From: an uncultured Actinomycetes bacterium
GTDB lineage: Bacteria > Actinomycetota > UBA4738 > HRBIN12
Reading direction: 5' to 3'
Length of the DNA stretch: 64,000 nt
Assembly (NCBI GenBank): GCA_963695975.1
Contig: CAVOIB010000002.1
Coordinates: 870,833-934,832 of the forward strand
Below, piece by piece: positions 25,810 through 35,886 of this stretch. The number at the start of each line of letters is the position of its first letter. Within the stretch, counting starts at the first letter, position 1. Below the pieces are notes generated by a model. The model saw nothing but the letters and a program-made list of their open reading frames with translations. It was not told where the DNA came from and made no database searches. Both the position numbers and the translations under genes were made by a program.

Positions 25810-26433
25810 TCAGCCGACCTGTTGGCGCAGGATCGTGCGGAGTCGCTCCGGCGCGGAGCGCCGCGGGTCGCCGAGGTAGAGCTCGTGATGCCTGCCCACC
25901 GGGTGGAACCCGGCGGCCTCGACCCCGGCGTGCAGGCGCTCGATCGTGGGGCGCTCTTCGGCGTAGGGCCCGATGTGCATCAGCTGCGCGCTCGGACCTT
26001 CGGCGAAAACCTCGGTCCGCAACGCCAGCGAGAGCGCTGGATCCAGCCGGCTCCGCGCCTTCGCGAGCTGCACCTCGAGCTCATCTTCGGTTGCCTCCGG
26101 GGGGAGCACGATCATCAAGGTCCAGCGCCAAGTGTCACGGTCCCCGTCCATGATCTCCGAAAGGTCCGTCGCGCCGTCCGTCGTCCACCACAGGCTTTCG
26201 AGCGGACCGACCTTGCCCGGCACGCCGCGCCCTTTCAACGCGAACCGCAGCCCGTAGGCCATCCCGTACAGGCTGGGGATCCGGGCCTCGAACTCCGCCG
26301 GAGCGGGCGGACCGGTGCCGTCGATCATCACGAACCGGTGCGCCGGAACGTCGAGCAGCCGGACCGCGCGCGTGGATGCCTTCAACTCGTCCTGTCGATC
26401 GATCGGACGTTGAACCTGGGTCGCGACCTTCAT
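25810..26433 (-). CDS. GyrI-like small-molecule-binding domain protein
   Basis: ATG at 26433 is preferred because GAGGAGG sits 8 nt upstream and overlaps the alternative GTG at 26442. Length is about 207 aa. Segments such as VRLLDVPAHRFVMIDGTG, WRWTLMIVLP and HELYLGDPRR resemble the GyrI-like/SOUL family. Confidence 0.65.
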   Translation of the reverse strand: MKVATQVQRPIDRQDELKASTRAVRLLDVPAHRFVMIDGTGPPAPAEFEARIPSLYGMAYGLRFALKGRGVPGKVGPLESLWWTTDGATDLSEIMDGDRDTWRWTLMIVLPPEATEDELEVQLAKARSRLDPALSLALRTEVFAEGPSAQLMHIGPYAEERPTIERLHAGVEAAGFHPVGRHHELYLGDPRRSAPERLRTILRQQVG

Positions 26434-26482
26434 CGCAACCACCTCCTCGATGCCAGGATGCCGCCACGTGACCTCGAAGGGG

Positions 26483-26498
26483 CGGGCCTGCCGGCCCG
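26483..26498 (-). terminator. GC hairpin CGGGCC-tgcc-GGCCCG downstream of the exonuclease gene (possible intrinsic terminator)
   Basis: Read directly: 6-bp stem with a 4-nt loop. It is nested inside a second complementary pair, TCGAAGG (26474-26480) / CCTTCGA (26511-26517). There is no clear U-tract. Confidence 0.25.
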
Positions 26499-26529
26499 AG
26501 GATGCCGGGTCCTTCGAACGTCGGGCGCC

Positions 26530-27429
26530 TCAGCCCATGAGGCGCTGGATGCGCGCGATGGCCCCATCGGCGTCGATCGCGCGGAGCGCCGTCTCGTACC
26601 CGTCCTGGGGGCCTGTCCACGCGAGTTCGTCGATGGAGTCGAGGTCGACCGCGTTCGTGTCGACCGTGGCGAGGCGCCGGTAGAGCTGGGCGTCATCGGC
26701 ATGCTGCGCGAGCGACTGCGCCAGACGGGGCGCCGAACGAACGGTGATGTCCCACTCGCCCGACTTCAAGGGGATCTCCTCCAGGTGCCGGTACCGGGCG
26801 AGCACCGTCGCCGTGGTCTTCGCGCCCCAGCCGGGAACGCCCGGGATCCCGTCGGAGGTGTCGCCGACGAGCGCGAGGTAGTCGGGGATCGACGGCGGCT
26901 CCACGCCGAACTTGGCGATCACCCCCGCCCAGTCGGTGAGGACCTCCCGTCGCCGGTCGAGCTGGACGATGCGTCCGTCCTTCGTGACGCACTGGCCAAG
27001 ATCCTTGTCGGGCGTGCAGATGATCACGCGCTCGACGGTCGGATCGACGGCCGCCTGAGCGGCCGCCGAGCCGAGCGCATCGTCGGCCTCGAAGTCCTCC
27101 ATCGCCCATACGCGGAAGCCGGCGACCCGAAGCGTCTCCTCCAGCATCTCGAACTGTGACCGGAGCGCTGGGTCGACGCCATCGCCGGTCTTGTAGCTCT
27201 CGAGCAGCGCGTTGCGGAACGACTCGATCACATGGTCGGTCGCGATCCCGATGTGGGTCGCACCGTCTTCCAACATCGAGAGCATCGACCCGAGGACGCC
27301 GCGTGTCGCCGCCACCTCACGGCCGTCCTCGGTCGTGTGCGGCGGCGCACCGAAGTGATACCGGAACAACTCGTAGGTGCCGTCGACCAGGTGCGCGATC
27401 ACGTGGCTAGTATCCTCGCGCAGAGACAC
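26530..27429 (-). CDS. 5'-3' exonuclease / flap endonuclease (Pol I N-terminal-domain-like)
   Basis: 299-aa ORF with a GTG start. Motifs: HLVDGTYELFRYHF, ATDHVIESFRN, FEADDALG, and the H3TH motif LVGDTSDGIPGVPGWGAKTTATVL. Confidence 0.85.
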   Translation of the reverse strand: MSLREDTSHVIAHLVDGTYELFRYHFGAPPHTTEDGREVAATRGVLGSMLSMLEDGATHIGIATDHVIESFRNALLESYKTGDGVDPALRSQFEMLEETLRVAGFRVWAMEDFEADDALGSAAAQAAVDPTVERVIICTPDKDLGQCVTKDGRIVQLDRRREVLTDWAGVIAKFGVEPPSIPDYLALVGDTSDGIPGVPGWGAKTTATVLARYRHLEEIPLKSGEWDITVRSAPRLAQSLAQHADDAQLYRRLATVDTNAVDLDSIDELAWTGPQDGYETALRAIDADGAIARIQRLMG

Positions 27430-27450
27430 CTCGCTGCGAAAGGCGGTCGG

Positions 27451-28011
27451 TCAGCGGGGTGACGCGCCGTCGTTTTGGCGACGCCGCTCGTATCGCACGC
27501 CCTCCCACGTCTCACCGTCGTACTCTCGCTCGAACCGCTCGACGAGCCGCATGCCGGCCTTCTCCGCGACGCGGATCGACGGGATGTTCTCGGCGCTCGC
27601 ATAGATCCGCGCGATCTCGGCGCCGAGGGTCACGAACGCGTAGTCGATCATCGCCCGGACCGCCTCGGTCGCGTATCCCCGACCCTGGAACGCGGGGGAC
27701 ATGGTGTAGCCGAGCTTGATCGTGCTCGGCTCGTCCTCGGCGGGGCTCATCCCGACATCGCCGACCAATCGGCCCGTGTCGCGCTCCTCGACCGAGAGCT
27801 GGACCCACCCTCCGGGCTCGCCAGGGAGGCGATCGGCCATCTGTTCGATCTCGGAGCGGATCCCGTCCGGGTCGAGCCGGTCCCAGCCCTGATGCCGATG
27901 GACCTCCGGGTCGCTCCGGTAGGCGGAGATCGCCTCAGCGTCATCAGGACGCGAGCGGCGCAGCAGCAGGCGCTCGGTGAGGATCGGCGCGAAGCCGGTA
28001 TCGATGCGCAT
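27451..28011 (-). CDS. GNAT-family N-acetyltransferase (RimJ/RimL-like)
   Basis: 186-aa ORF. N-terminus: TERLLLRRSRPDDAEAISAY. Acetyl-CoA motif region: FQGRGYATEAVRAMIDYAF. Confidence 0.8.
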   Translation of the reverse strand: MRIDTGFAPILTERLLLRRSRPDDAEAISAYRSDPEVHRHQGWDRLDPDGIRSEIEQMADRLPGEPGGWVQLSVEERDTGRLVGDVGMSPAEDEPSTIKLGYTMSPAFQGRGYATEAVRAMIDYAFVTLGAEIARIYASAENIPSIRVAEKAGMRLVERFEREYDGETWEGVRYERRRQNDGASPR

Positions 28012-28097
28012 CGAGCGGGAAGCGTACCTATCAGGTCGGGCGACGCGATGCCGAACGGTGAGTGACTTCGGCCGTCGGCACCGCGAGGATACGTGCG

Positions 28098-28751
28098 ATG
28101 TCGTCGACCAGCCCCGTGGTCCCCCAAGTCCTTGCTCGCACGCGCCTGCTGGTGTCGTTCTCCGGTGGGATCGTCGTCGCCGGTATCGCCGGGCTGTTCA
28201 CGTCGTGGCAGGTGGCGGTGCTGGCCGGATGGATCGTCGCCGCCGGTATCTTCCTCATCTGGATCTGGACCCGGATCCTGAAGGCGGACGGCGAAGCGAC
28301 GGCCGAGCACTCGACCTACGTGGACGACTCACGTACGACGGCGGACCTCGTCCTGATCGCGGCGAGCGTGGCGAGCCTGGCGGCGGTCGTGTTCGGTCTG
28401 GTGAAGGCCGTGCAGGTCGGTGGGGTGGCGCGCGGTGTCATCGCGACGATCGCCGTCCTCAGCGTGGTCTTGTCATGGACCGTCGTGCACACGGTGTTCA
28501 CGCTCCGATATGCGAGCCTGTATCACGAGGAGGGGAGCGGGATCGAGTTCCATGAAGGTGCCCGCCTGCCCGACTACCACGACTTCGCGTACGTGGCGTT
28601 CACGATCGGCATGACGTTTCAGGTGTCGGACACCGACATCACCTCTGAGCAGATCCGCCGGGCGGCGCTCCGACATTCGTTGCTCTCGTACGTGTTCGGC
28701 ATCGTGATCGTCGCGATCACGATCAACGTCCTCGCCGGCCTGGTGAGGTAG
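28098..28751 (+). CDS. DUF1345-family membrane protein
   Basis: From ORF 28062..28751. ATG at 28098 is preferred because GAGGA lies 9 nt upstream. There are several TM spans and the family-typical segment FAYVAFTIGMTFQVSDTDI. Confidence 0.7.
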   Translation: MSSTSPVVPQVLARTRLLVSFSGGIVVAGIAGLFTSWQVAVLAGWIVAAGIFLIWIWTRILKADGEATAEHSTYVDDSRTTADLVLIAASVASLAAVVFGLVKAVQVGGVARGVIATIAVLSVVLSWTVVHTVFTLRYASLYHEEGSGIEFHEGARLPDYHDFAYVAFTIGMTFQVSDTDITSEQIRRAALRHSLLSYVFGIVIVAITINVLAGLVR

Positions 28752-28765
28752 GAGGCTTCCCGAGC

Positions 28766-28792
28766 GACCGCTCCCGGATCGCGGTAGCGGTC
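28766..28792. terminator. Hairpin GACCGCT-(13 nt)-AGCGGTC between convergent genes
   Basis: Read directly: 7-bp outer stem with 3 further inner pairs. It sits in the 39-nt gap between two convergent stops, and its 3' arm overlaps the stop of the minus-strand gene. No U-tract. Confidence 0.25.
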
Positions 28793-29893
28793 AGACGAGG
28801 AACGCGGCGAGGCGTTCGGCCTCATCAGCGAGCTCGAGCGTCGTTGCGCGCGGGAGCCGCGTGAACGGTGTCGTCCGCACGCCTCCACGCTCGAACGCCC
28901 AAGTGCCTGCCACCCGTCCGTCGATCAGGAACGTCGGGACCGAGTGCGGTGTCTTCGTCGAGAAGACCCTCGAACGGTGCTCCTCGGAGAGGATCTGTGA
29001 GCGCCTGGCGTGCACGAGGAGCGACGCGTCCCACGTCGGGAGGAAACGCACGGGCGCGGGCGTGTCCGGATCGGGGAGCGGCGCCCGTTGAAGGTCGAGC
29101 AGTTCTCCGCCTCGCTCGTCGCGGAACCGGCGTAGCCGCAGCCGTTCAAGGGCGGGGGCCAGGGTGGGCATGCGGATACCGGCCCAGTTCGCGATGTCCT
29201 TCCCCGACGCAGGACCGAACGCACCCAGGTAGCGATGCACGACGGCCTGGATCCCATCTTCGGATGTGGCGTCGTACGGGCCGATCTGATCGTCGGCTGC
29301 GGCGTAGAGATCGGCTCGCCTTCGGTTCCATGTGCCCGACGGAGGGACACGCAGGAGATCCACCCAGCCACCGACGCCGTTCCATATGGCGCTGTCGACG
29401 CCGAGCTCCTCGATCAACGCCGCTCGCGGACGGGGTCCGCCCGCCAGCAGCCGGCGGAGCTGGCGCGCGACGACCTCCATCTCCGCCTCCGGTATCCGGT
29501 GGCGGGTCACTCCCAGCCACCATGTGCGCTGGTCCGCGCGGATCGCTGCGGCGAGCAGCGGATAGTCCCGTCTCGACACGATGTGGATCGTGCCTCGCAT
29601 GAGGGTGCCCTGCACCACCGTGCGTCGTTCGAGCGCCTGCGTGAGGTCGGACCGTTCGAACCGTGCCATCCGCGACCAGAGACCGATGTACGCGGAGGGC
29701 GCGTACTGCGCCTGCACCCCGCCCATGCGTTCGACGGTCTGGGCGAGCGAGTACGTCGTCCGTTCGAGGAGGAACTGCCGGGCGAGCACCGCGCGGTTCA
29801 GCTGGTGCTCGCTCAACGTCCGCTCGGCCACCGGCGGAGTGTACGGCCTCGCTGAGCCTGACCGGCGAGGGGCCGGTGCGGATGCGTGTCGCT

Positions 29894-29897
<4 letters not shown>
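28791..29897 (-). CDS. Winged-helix HTH_42 (DUF1006) protein, AlkZ/YcaQ-family DNA glycosylase, AlkZ-like Q-phi-Q type
   Basis: 368-aa ORF. The ATG at 29897 forms an ATGA overlap with the helicase stop; an alternative GTG is at 29831. The family N-terminus is LSEHQLNRAVLARQFLLERT. The candidate catalytic motif is GGVQAQYAPSAYIGLWSR (Q-A-Q). Confidence 0.75.
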
Positions 29898-31083
<1,186 letters not shown>

Positions 31084-31087
<4 letters not shown>

Positions 31088-31296
31088 GCGTCGCCGGGTT
31101 CGTCGGTCTCCAGCTCGAGGAGATCGGGATGGATCACGGGGCCGTCGAGTGGCTTCATGTTCTCGATGTCATCCGGGATCAGACCGGCGGCCCGATCCTC
31201 GCGACGCTGACTCGATGCGGCTCGCCGCTCAGCCCGCGCGGCTTCCTTCTTCGCCTTCACCTCGCGCCGTTGACGCTTCCCGAAGCTATCCGGCAT
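31084..31296 (-). CDS. Small hypothetical protein (70 aa) with a basic N-terminal half and an acidic C-terminal half
   Basis: The ATG lies 3 nt after the stop of the upstream zinc-ribbon ORF, and its own stop overlaps the helicase start. Sequence: MPDSFGKRQRREVKAKKEAARAERRAASSQRRED..DDIENMKPLDGPVIHPDLLELETDEPGDA. I know of no family for it. Confidence 0.5.
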
Positions 31297-31299
31297 GGC

Positions 31300-31488
31300 T
31301 CACTGCCTCGGTGCCTGGTGTCGATAGGACGGTTTCGCGTGGAGCCAGCACGTCGAGTCGGAGTTGTACGTCGACAGCACCGTTCCGCAGCCGGGCTCCG
31401 CGCAGTGCCTGCCGGATGTTGCACGCGATGCGGCGTCTTTCCCGCGATCCGGAGGTCCGAACTGAACCTGTCCGCTGCTCGTCGCCAT
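31300..31488 (-). CDS. Small CCCH zinc-ribbon-like protein (62 aa)
   Basis: ATG at 31488 is preceded by AAGGAGCC. The C-x4-C-x12-C-x2-H pattern is HCAEPGCGTVLSTYNSDSTCWLH. It is the first gene of a four-gene overlapped operon. Confidence 0.55.
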   Translation of the reverse strand: MATSSGQVQFGPPDRGKDAASRATSGRHCAEPGCGTVLSTYNSDSTCWLHAKPSYRHQAPRQ

Positions 31489-31703
31489 CGGTGGCTCCTT
31501 CCGTACGGCTTCACAGGCCTGTCGATCCGTCGAGGCGGAGCAAGGACGTGGTGCTCGCGAAGGCCCCACTGGTCGGTCACGCGACGTGGATCCTCGGGCG
31601 ATGCCCGAGGTACCCAGCGTACCACCCCCTCCCTGCACGGAGCCTCGACGATCGCGCGACGGCGCACAGGGAGCGGCGTTGCGTGCCGATAGATACTGGA
31701 GGT

Positions 31704-31727
31704 TCTCGAGCGATCGGTCCCTCGAGA
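31704..31727 (+). promoter_or_regulatory. Hairpin TCTCGAG-(10 nt)-CTCGAGA in the 5' leader of the 31750 gene
   Basis: Read directly: 7-bp stem, ending 22 nt before the GTG start. The purine-rich AGAAGAAGAGGAGG follows it. Confidence 0.2.
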
Positions 31728-31749
31728 CCCAGAAGAAGAGGAGGTCGCC

Positions 31750-32325
31750 GTGAGCTCCGAACCACAGGAAGACCAAAAGGCGGGCGCGCCCACGGATGGG
31801 TCGGCCACCCCCGTCCCCACATCGAAGACGCGCCCGACGATCCCCACGTCGACGGTGGTGGTGGGCGGTCTGTTGGTCTTCATCGTGGGGCTGGGTCTCG
31901 GGTTCTTCCTGGGCCATCGGGCGCACCGGATCGATGGGTTGGAGCGGTTCGCGCGCGACCGGCGCGGGTCGATGTGGTTCGAGCACGGCGGCAACGCTCC
32001 GAGAATCGCTTCCGGTCCGGGCGCGATGATGGGTTCAGCGCCGTTCGCGGGTCACGTGATCGCTGGGACCGTGACCGCCGTGGACGGAGACACGCTCACG
32101 GTCCGGACCCTCGGCGGGATGACGATGGAGGTGACGGCAACCGCCGGCACCCAGGTCCGGGTCAGCGCACCGGGCAGCTTGGCCGACCTCGGGACGGGCT
32201 CGACGGTCGTGGTCGTCGGTTCGCCGGTCGGCGCGGGGACCTTCTCGGCGTCGCGCATCATCCAGGGGGTGCTCCCCTCGGGTGGGATGCTCCCGCCGCC
32301 CTCCTCCGGGGCGGGCTCTCCCTAG
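31750..32325 (+). CDS. Hypothetical single-pass membrane-anchored protein
   Basis: 191-aa ORF with a GTG start after AAGAGGAGG. It has one TM span (VVVGGLLVFIVGLGLGFFLG) followed by a beta-rich segment (VIAGTVTAVDGDTLTVRTLGGMTMEVTATAGTQVRV). Confidence 0.6.
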   Translation: MSSEPQEDQKAGAPTDGSATPVPTSKTRPTIPTSTVVVGGLLVFIVGLGLGFFLGHRAHRIDGLERFARDRRGSMWFEHGGNAPRIASGPGAMMGSAPFAGHVIAGTVTAVDGDTLTVRTLGGMTMEVTATAGTQVRVSAPGSLADLGTGSTVVVVGSPVGAGTFSASRIIQGVLPSGGMLPPPSSGAGSP

Positions 32326-32337
32326 CTCGAAGCGATC

Positions 32338-34215
32338 TCAGCTCACGCTGAAACGATCGATGGACACGAACGTATCGCGGGACGCGGGTCTTGCCTGACC
32401 GAGCACGACGATCCGCAGTTCATGCACGCCGTCGACGAGACCCGCGATCGTCCGGATCACCCCGGGGGTGGGCTGCTGGGCGAAGTTGTCGACGGTCTTC
32501 ACGAGCGCACCGTCGAGGAAGAGCTGCGCCCGTCCCTGCGCCGGTCCGCGAACCGTTTCCCATGAGACGCCCGTTCCCCGGAACCTGAACGACACGCTGG
32601 CCCGCGCCGTATCGCTCACGACGACGCTGCCTCCGGACGCTCCGGCGACGTGAAGGTTCCGCCACGAGGGATCGACGGCGGGTGTCCACCAGGACTTCCC
32701 TCCCGCGCGGAACGCATCGATCGCGACCTGGGCGTCGCTCGCCGTCGTCGCACCCTTCTGCCCGAGCACCCGAACCGTGATCGTGTGCGAGCCCTTCGCG
32801 AGCCCACTGAACACATGTGCGACCTTCGTGTGCACGGTGGCCTCGTATCCGTTGAACGTCCCGCGCGCGTGACCGTCGATCGAGATCGACGCTTTCCCTT
32901 GCGTGGGGCCGGTGACCGTGTACCAGGTGACCTGCGTCCCCGAGAACGTGAAGGAGGCCGAGGCGCCCTCGAGGTGATCGGCGACGTACGAGCCGCCGTA
33001 CGCGGACCGATCCGAGACCGTGCGCCACGAGTAACGCACCGCCGCGCTGCCTTGCTCGACGTCGGTCGGCATCGTCACGTCCTGTTCGGCCGTCAGCGCC
33101 GCGTTGCCGCTGCGGTCCACGATCGGGCTCACCGCCTCGGCGGGATCGACGATCGCCGCGTAGGTCTGGCCCGAGATCAGCGTCTCCTCAGGCTGCAGCG
33201 TGACGGAGACGACCTTGCCGGTTCCGCAGTCGACGGTCCTTCCCTCCTTCGACACGCACGTGCGGGAAGACGGCACATCGGCGCCCGTGTCCGCGGTCCG
33301 CAGGACGACGTTGGTGGGTGAGATCCCCCGGACGATCTCGTTGAAGGCGATCCTGGTCGCCGCCGCCACGCCGGTGGGCGTCGTGATCGTCGCGATCGGT
33401 GGGGCGGTGTCGGGGCTGGGGATCGTGACGGCGTCGAACGTCGCGCCCTCGTACCAGTCGGCGTCGACGCACCCCTCGATACCCGGTACGTGGCTGCAAT
33501 CGCTGTACTGCCAGAACGTCCAGCCGTTGCCCTGCCAGTCGTTCGCGGGGAGGGTCGGGGACGTGACGTCCCAGTGCGCGATCCAGAGCACGGTGTAGCC
33601 CGCGTCGGCGATCGCCGTGGTGTCCGCGGTTCGGTTCGCCCAGCCGATGGGGCTCGTGTAGACGATCGGGCGGACCCCGAGCCGCAGCGTCACCTCGCCG
33701 AGCCACGCGAGCATCCACGCGGTGAGCTCGTCGGGCGTGAGCCCTCCGGTCGTCTCGAGGTCGAGGACCGGCAGCAGATCTCCCGTCACGGGTGCCGCGC
33801 TGTCGACGAAGTGGTCGGCCTCGATCAGCGCATCGTTCGCGCCCCGGTCTGGACGGGCGAAGTGGTAGGCGCCGAATTCGATGCCGGTCGCCGCGGCGCC
33901 CGCGCGGTTCGTGGCATACATCGGGTCGACGTAGGTGCGCCCGTCGGTCGCCTTGACGAACGCGAACCGGGTCCCGGAGGCCGCCACCGCGTACCAGTCG
34001 ATCGCGTGCTGCCAATGGGAGACGTCGATCCCGGGCAGGGCACCGAGTGGAGGCTGCCGGCCGACCTGTCGACCGGATGGACCGGCGTCCCCGGCGACTC
34101 CGGCGCTCCCCGCCTTGCCCGGCCGCGCCTGCGACGCGGGACCCGTGACCAGCACGGATGCGATGACGGCGGCCGTGATCCCGCTCGCCATCCACCTGGG
34201 TACCGTCGGTCTCAC
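32338..34215 (-). CDS. Secreted GH25-family muramidase with an Ig-like linker and two C-terminal repeat domains
   Basis: GTG at 34215 after GGGAGGG (ORF 32338..34353), followed by a signal peptide. GH25 motifs: GIDVSHWQHAIDW, FAFVKATDG, GAYHFARP. Two similar C-terminal modules: ASASFTFSGTQVTWYTVTGPTQGKASISIDG.. and ARASVSFRFRGTGVSWETVRGPAQGRAQLFLDG... Confidence 0.8.
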   Translation of the reverse strand: MRPTVPRWMASGITAAVIASVLVTGPASQARPGKAGSAGVAGDAGPSGRQVGRQPPLGALPGIDVSHWQHAIDWYAVAASGTRFAFVKATDGRTYVDPMYATNRAGAAATGIEFGAYHFARPDRGANDALIEADHFVDSAAPVTGDLLPVLDLETTGGLTPDELTAWMLAWLGEVTLRLGVRPIVYTSPIGWANRTADTTAIADAGYTVLWIAHWDVTSPTLPANDWQGNGWTFWQYSDCSHVPGIEGCVDADWYEGATFDAVTIPSPDTAPPIATITTPTGVAAATRIAFNEIVRGISPTNVVLRTADTGADVPSSRTCVSKEGRTVDCGTGKVVSVTLQPEETLISGQTYAAIVDPAEAVSPIVDRSGNAALTAEQDVTMPTDVEQGSAAVRYSWRTVSDRSAYGGSYVADHLEGASASFTFSGTQVTWYTVTGPTQGKASISIDGHARGTFNGYEATVHTKVAHVFSGLAKGSHTITVRVLGQKGATTASDAQVAIDAFRAGGKSWWTPAVDPSWRNLHVAGASGGSVVVSDTARASVSFRFRGTGVSWETVRGPAQGRAQLFLDGALVKTVDNFAQQPTPGVIRTIAGLVDGVHELRIVVLGQARPASRDTFVSIDRFSVS

Positions 34216-34297
34216 CTCATCGCCCTCCCGCTCGCGAACGTCGAGTGTACGGCCGGAGCCGCGAACGGCCGCCTTGCCCTGGGGTCGGAGCGGATGC

Positions 34298-35854
34298 ATG
34301 ATGCGCGCCGTGATGCTCGCACCGCGTCCTCGCACCCGGTCGCTCCTCCTCATCGTTTCCCTGGTCGCGGCGTTCGCGAGCTCGGTGCCCTCTCAGGCGG
34401 CGACCGTGCGAGGAGCCGATCCGCGGGCATCGACCCGCATCAAGGTGATGGTGTTCAACATCGAGTACGGCGGCGAGGTCGTCGACTTCAACAGCGTGAT
34501 CCGCGCGATCCGTGCCAGCGGCGCGGACGTCGTGGGGATCGAGGAGGCGTGGGGAAATACCGCGAGGATCGCGCGCCGTCTCGGCTGGGCCTACGCTGAC
34601 CCGCGCCTGCAGATCGTCTCCCGGCTTCCCCTGATCGATCCGCCGGGCGGAGACGGGTTGTACACGTTCGTCCAGACCGCGCCCGGCCGCGTTGTGGCGA
34701 TCGGCAACGTTCATCTGCCCTCGTACCCGTACTCACCGCAGCGGATCCTGCAGGGCGCGACGGCGAGTGAAGCGCTCGCGTTCGAGCGCGCCTACCGGAT
34801 GCCGCCGCTCAGGCCGCCGGTGCGCGCGCTGTCGGCACTCGTTGGGTCCGGCATCCCGTCGTTCTTGCTTGGGGACTTCAACTCGCCCTCATACCTGGAC
34901 TGGACGCGGGCGACGGTCGGCTCGCTGCCGCAGATCCGGTTCCCGATGCACTGGCCGGCGACCGAGCTGACCGCGAAGCATGGGTTCCGGGATTCCTACC
35001 GGGAGGCGCATCCCGACCCCCTTCGCACGCCTGGTCTGACGTGGCCGTCCGGTCGGCCCCGCCCGGCCGGGGCGTACAACCCCGGCCCCCATGCGGCGAA
35101 CGACCGCATCGACTTCATCTTCGACGGTGGCCCGGCCACGACCGTGCGTTCGACGATCGTAGGCGAGTCGGGGGCGGCCGATGTGGGGATCGCGGTGGAT
35201 CCATGGCCGTCGGACCACCGGGCCGTCGTCTCGACGTTCGACGTGCGGGCTGCCGTTCCCCCGACACTCGTATCCGTATCGAGTCGGCTCGTCGAGGTCG
35301 GGGATGACCTGGGCGTGACGTTCCATGCTCCGGGAGTTCCCGGAGAGCACGTCTCGATCGTCCCTGCGGGGGCCGCGCCGACGTCCGGGGTGGTCGCCGA
35401 TCAGCCGACCGGCATCGACGGGCCGACCGACGGAACGCTCACGTTCCCCACCGAGGGATTCGTCCCTGGCGCGTACGATGCCGTCCTCATCGGGGCGACG
35501 GGGGAGCTCGCCAGGATCCCCTTCTGGGTGGAACCGGCTGGGGCGGGTCCGCAGATCGAGACGACGCGGTCGTCGTACGGCGTCGGCGATCCGATAACCG
35601 TCGAGTGGCACGGCGCGCCCGGCAACCGGTGGGACTGGGTGGGGATCTACGATGCGGGCGTCGATCCGAGCACCGACCCGTACCAGTACCTCGAGTACCT
35701 CTACACGGGCTCGACGATCGATGGCTCCGCCACGTTCGATCGCGACGCGAACGGCGCGTGGCCGCTCCCACCCGGCGACTACAGCGTGTACCTGCTGGAG
35801 GACGATGCCTACCGGGCGGTCGCCTCGGGAACATTCTCCATCGTCGCGGGCTGA
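34298..35854 (+). CDS. Secreted endonuclease/exonuclease/phosphatase (EEP) family protein with C-terminal Ig-like repeats
   Basis: ATG at 34298 (ORF 33935..35854). Signal peptide: LLLIVSLVAAFASSVPSQA. EEP motifs: VMVFNIEYG, DVVGIEE, LGDFNSPS, and terminal WPSDHRAV. Confidence 0.8.
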   Translation: MMRAVMLAPRPRTRSLLLIVSLVAAFASSVPSQAATVRGADPRASTRIKVMVFNIEYGGEVVDFNSVIRAIRASGADVVGIEEAWGNTARIARRLGWAYADPRLQIVSRLPLIDPPGGDGLYTFVQTAPGRVVAIGNVHLPSYPYSPQRILQGATASEALAFERAYRMPPLRPPVRALSALVGSGIPSFLLGDFNSPSYLDWTRATVGSLPQIRFPMHWPATELTAKHGFRDSYREAHPDPLRTPGLTWPSGRPRPAGAYNPGPHAANDRIDFIFDGGPATTVRSTIVGESGAADVGIAVDPWPSDHRAVVSTFDVRAAVPPTLVSVSSRLVEVGDDLGVTFHAPGVPGEHVSIVPAGAAPTSGVVADQPTGIDGPTDGTLTFPTEGFVPGAYDAVLIGATGELARIPFWVEPAGAGPQIETTRSSYGVGDPITVEWHGAPGNRWDWVGIYDAGVDPSTDPYQYLEYLYTGSTIDGSATFDRDANGAWPLPPGDYSVYLLEDDAYRAVASGTFSIVAG

Positions 35855-35886
35855 GTCCTGGCGCGACATATGGTTGAGTTGCCTCG

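Noticed and set aside
24267-26153. 628-aa plus-strand ORF, and the long N-terminal extension of ORF 23728..25545 on the minus strand
   Set aside because: Both overlap the tryptophanase-like gene in other frames or on the other strand and are Arg/Pro/Gly saturated. Only the last 227 aa of 23728..25545 form a credible SDR, with its own ATG and an ATGA coupling.
27451-28751. GNAT acetyltransferase next to a small membrane protein as a toxin-antitoxin-like pair
   Set aside because: The genes are divergent rather than co-transcribed. The GNAT is RimJ/RimL-like in length and motifs, the neighbour is a DUF1345 polytopic protein, and no antitoxin-like HTH or RHH gene is present.
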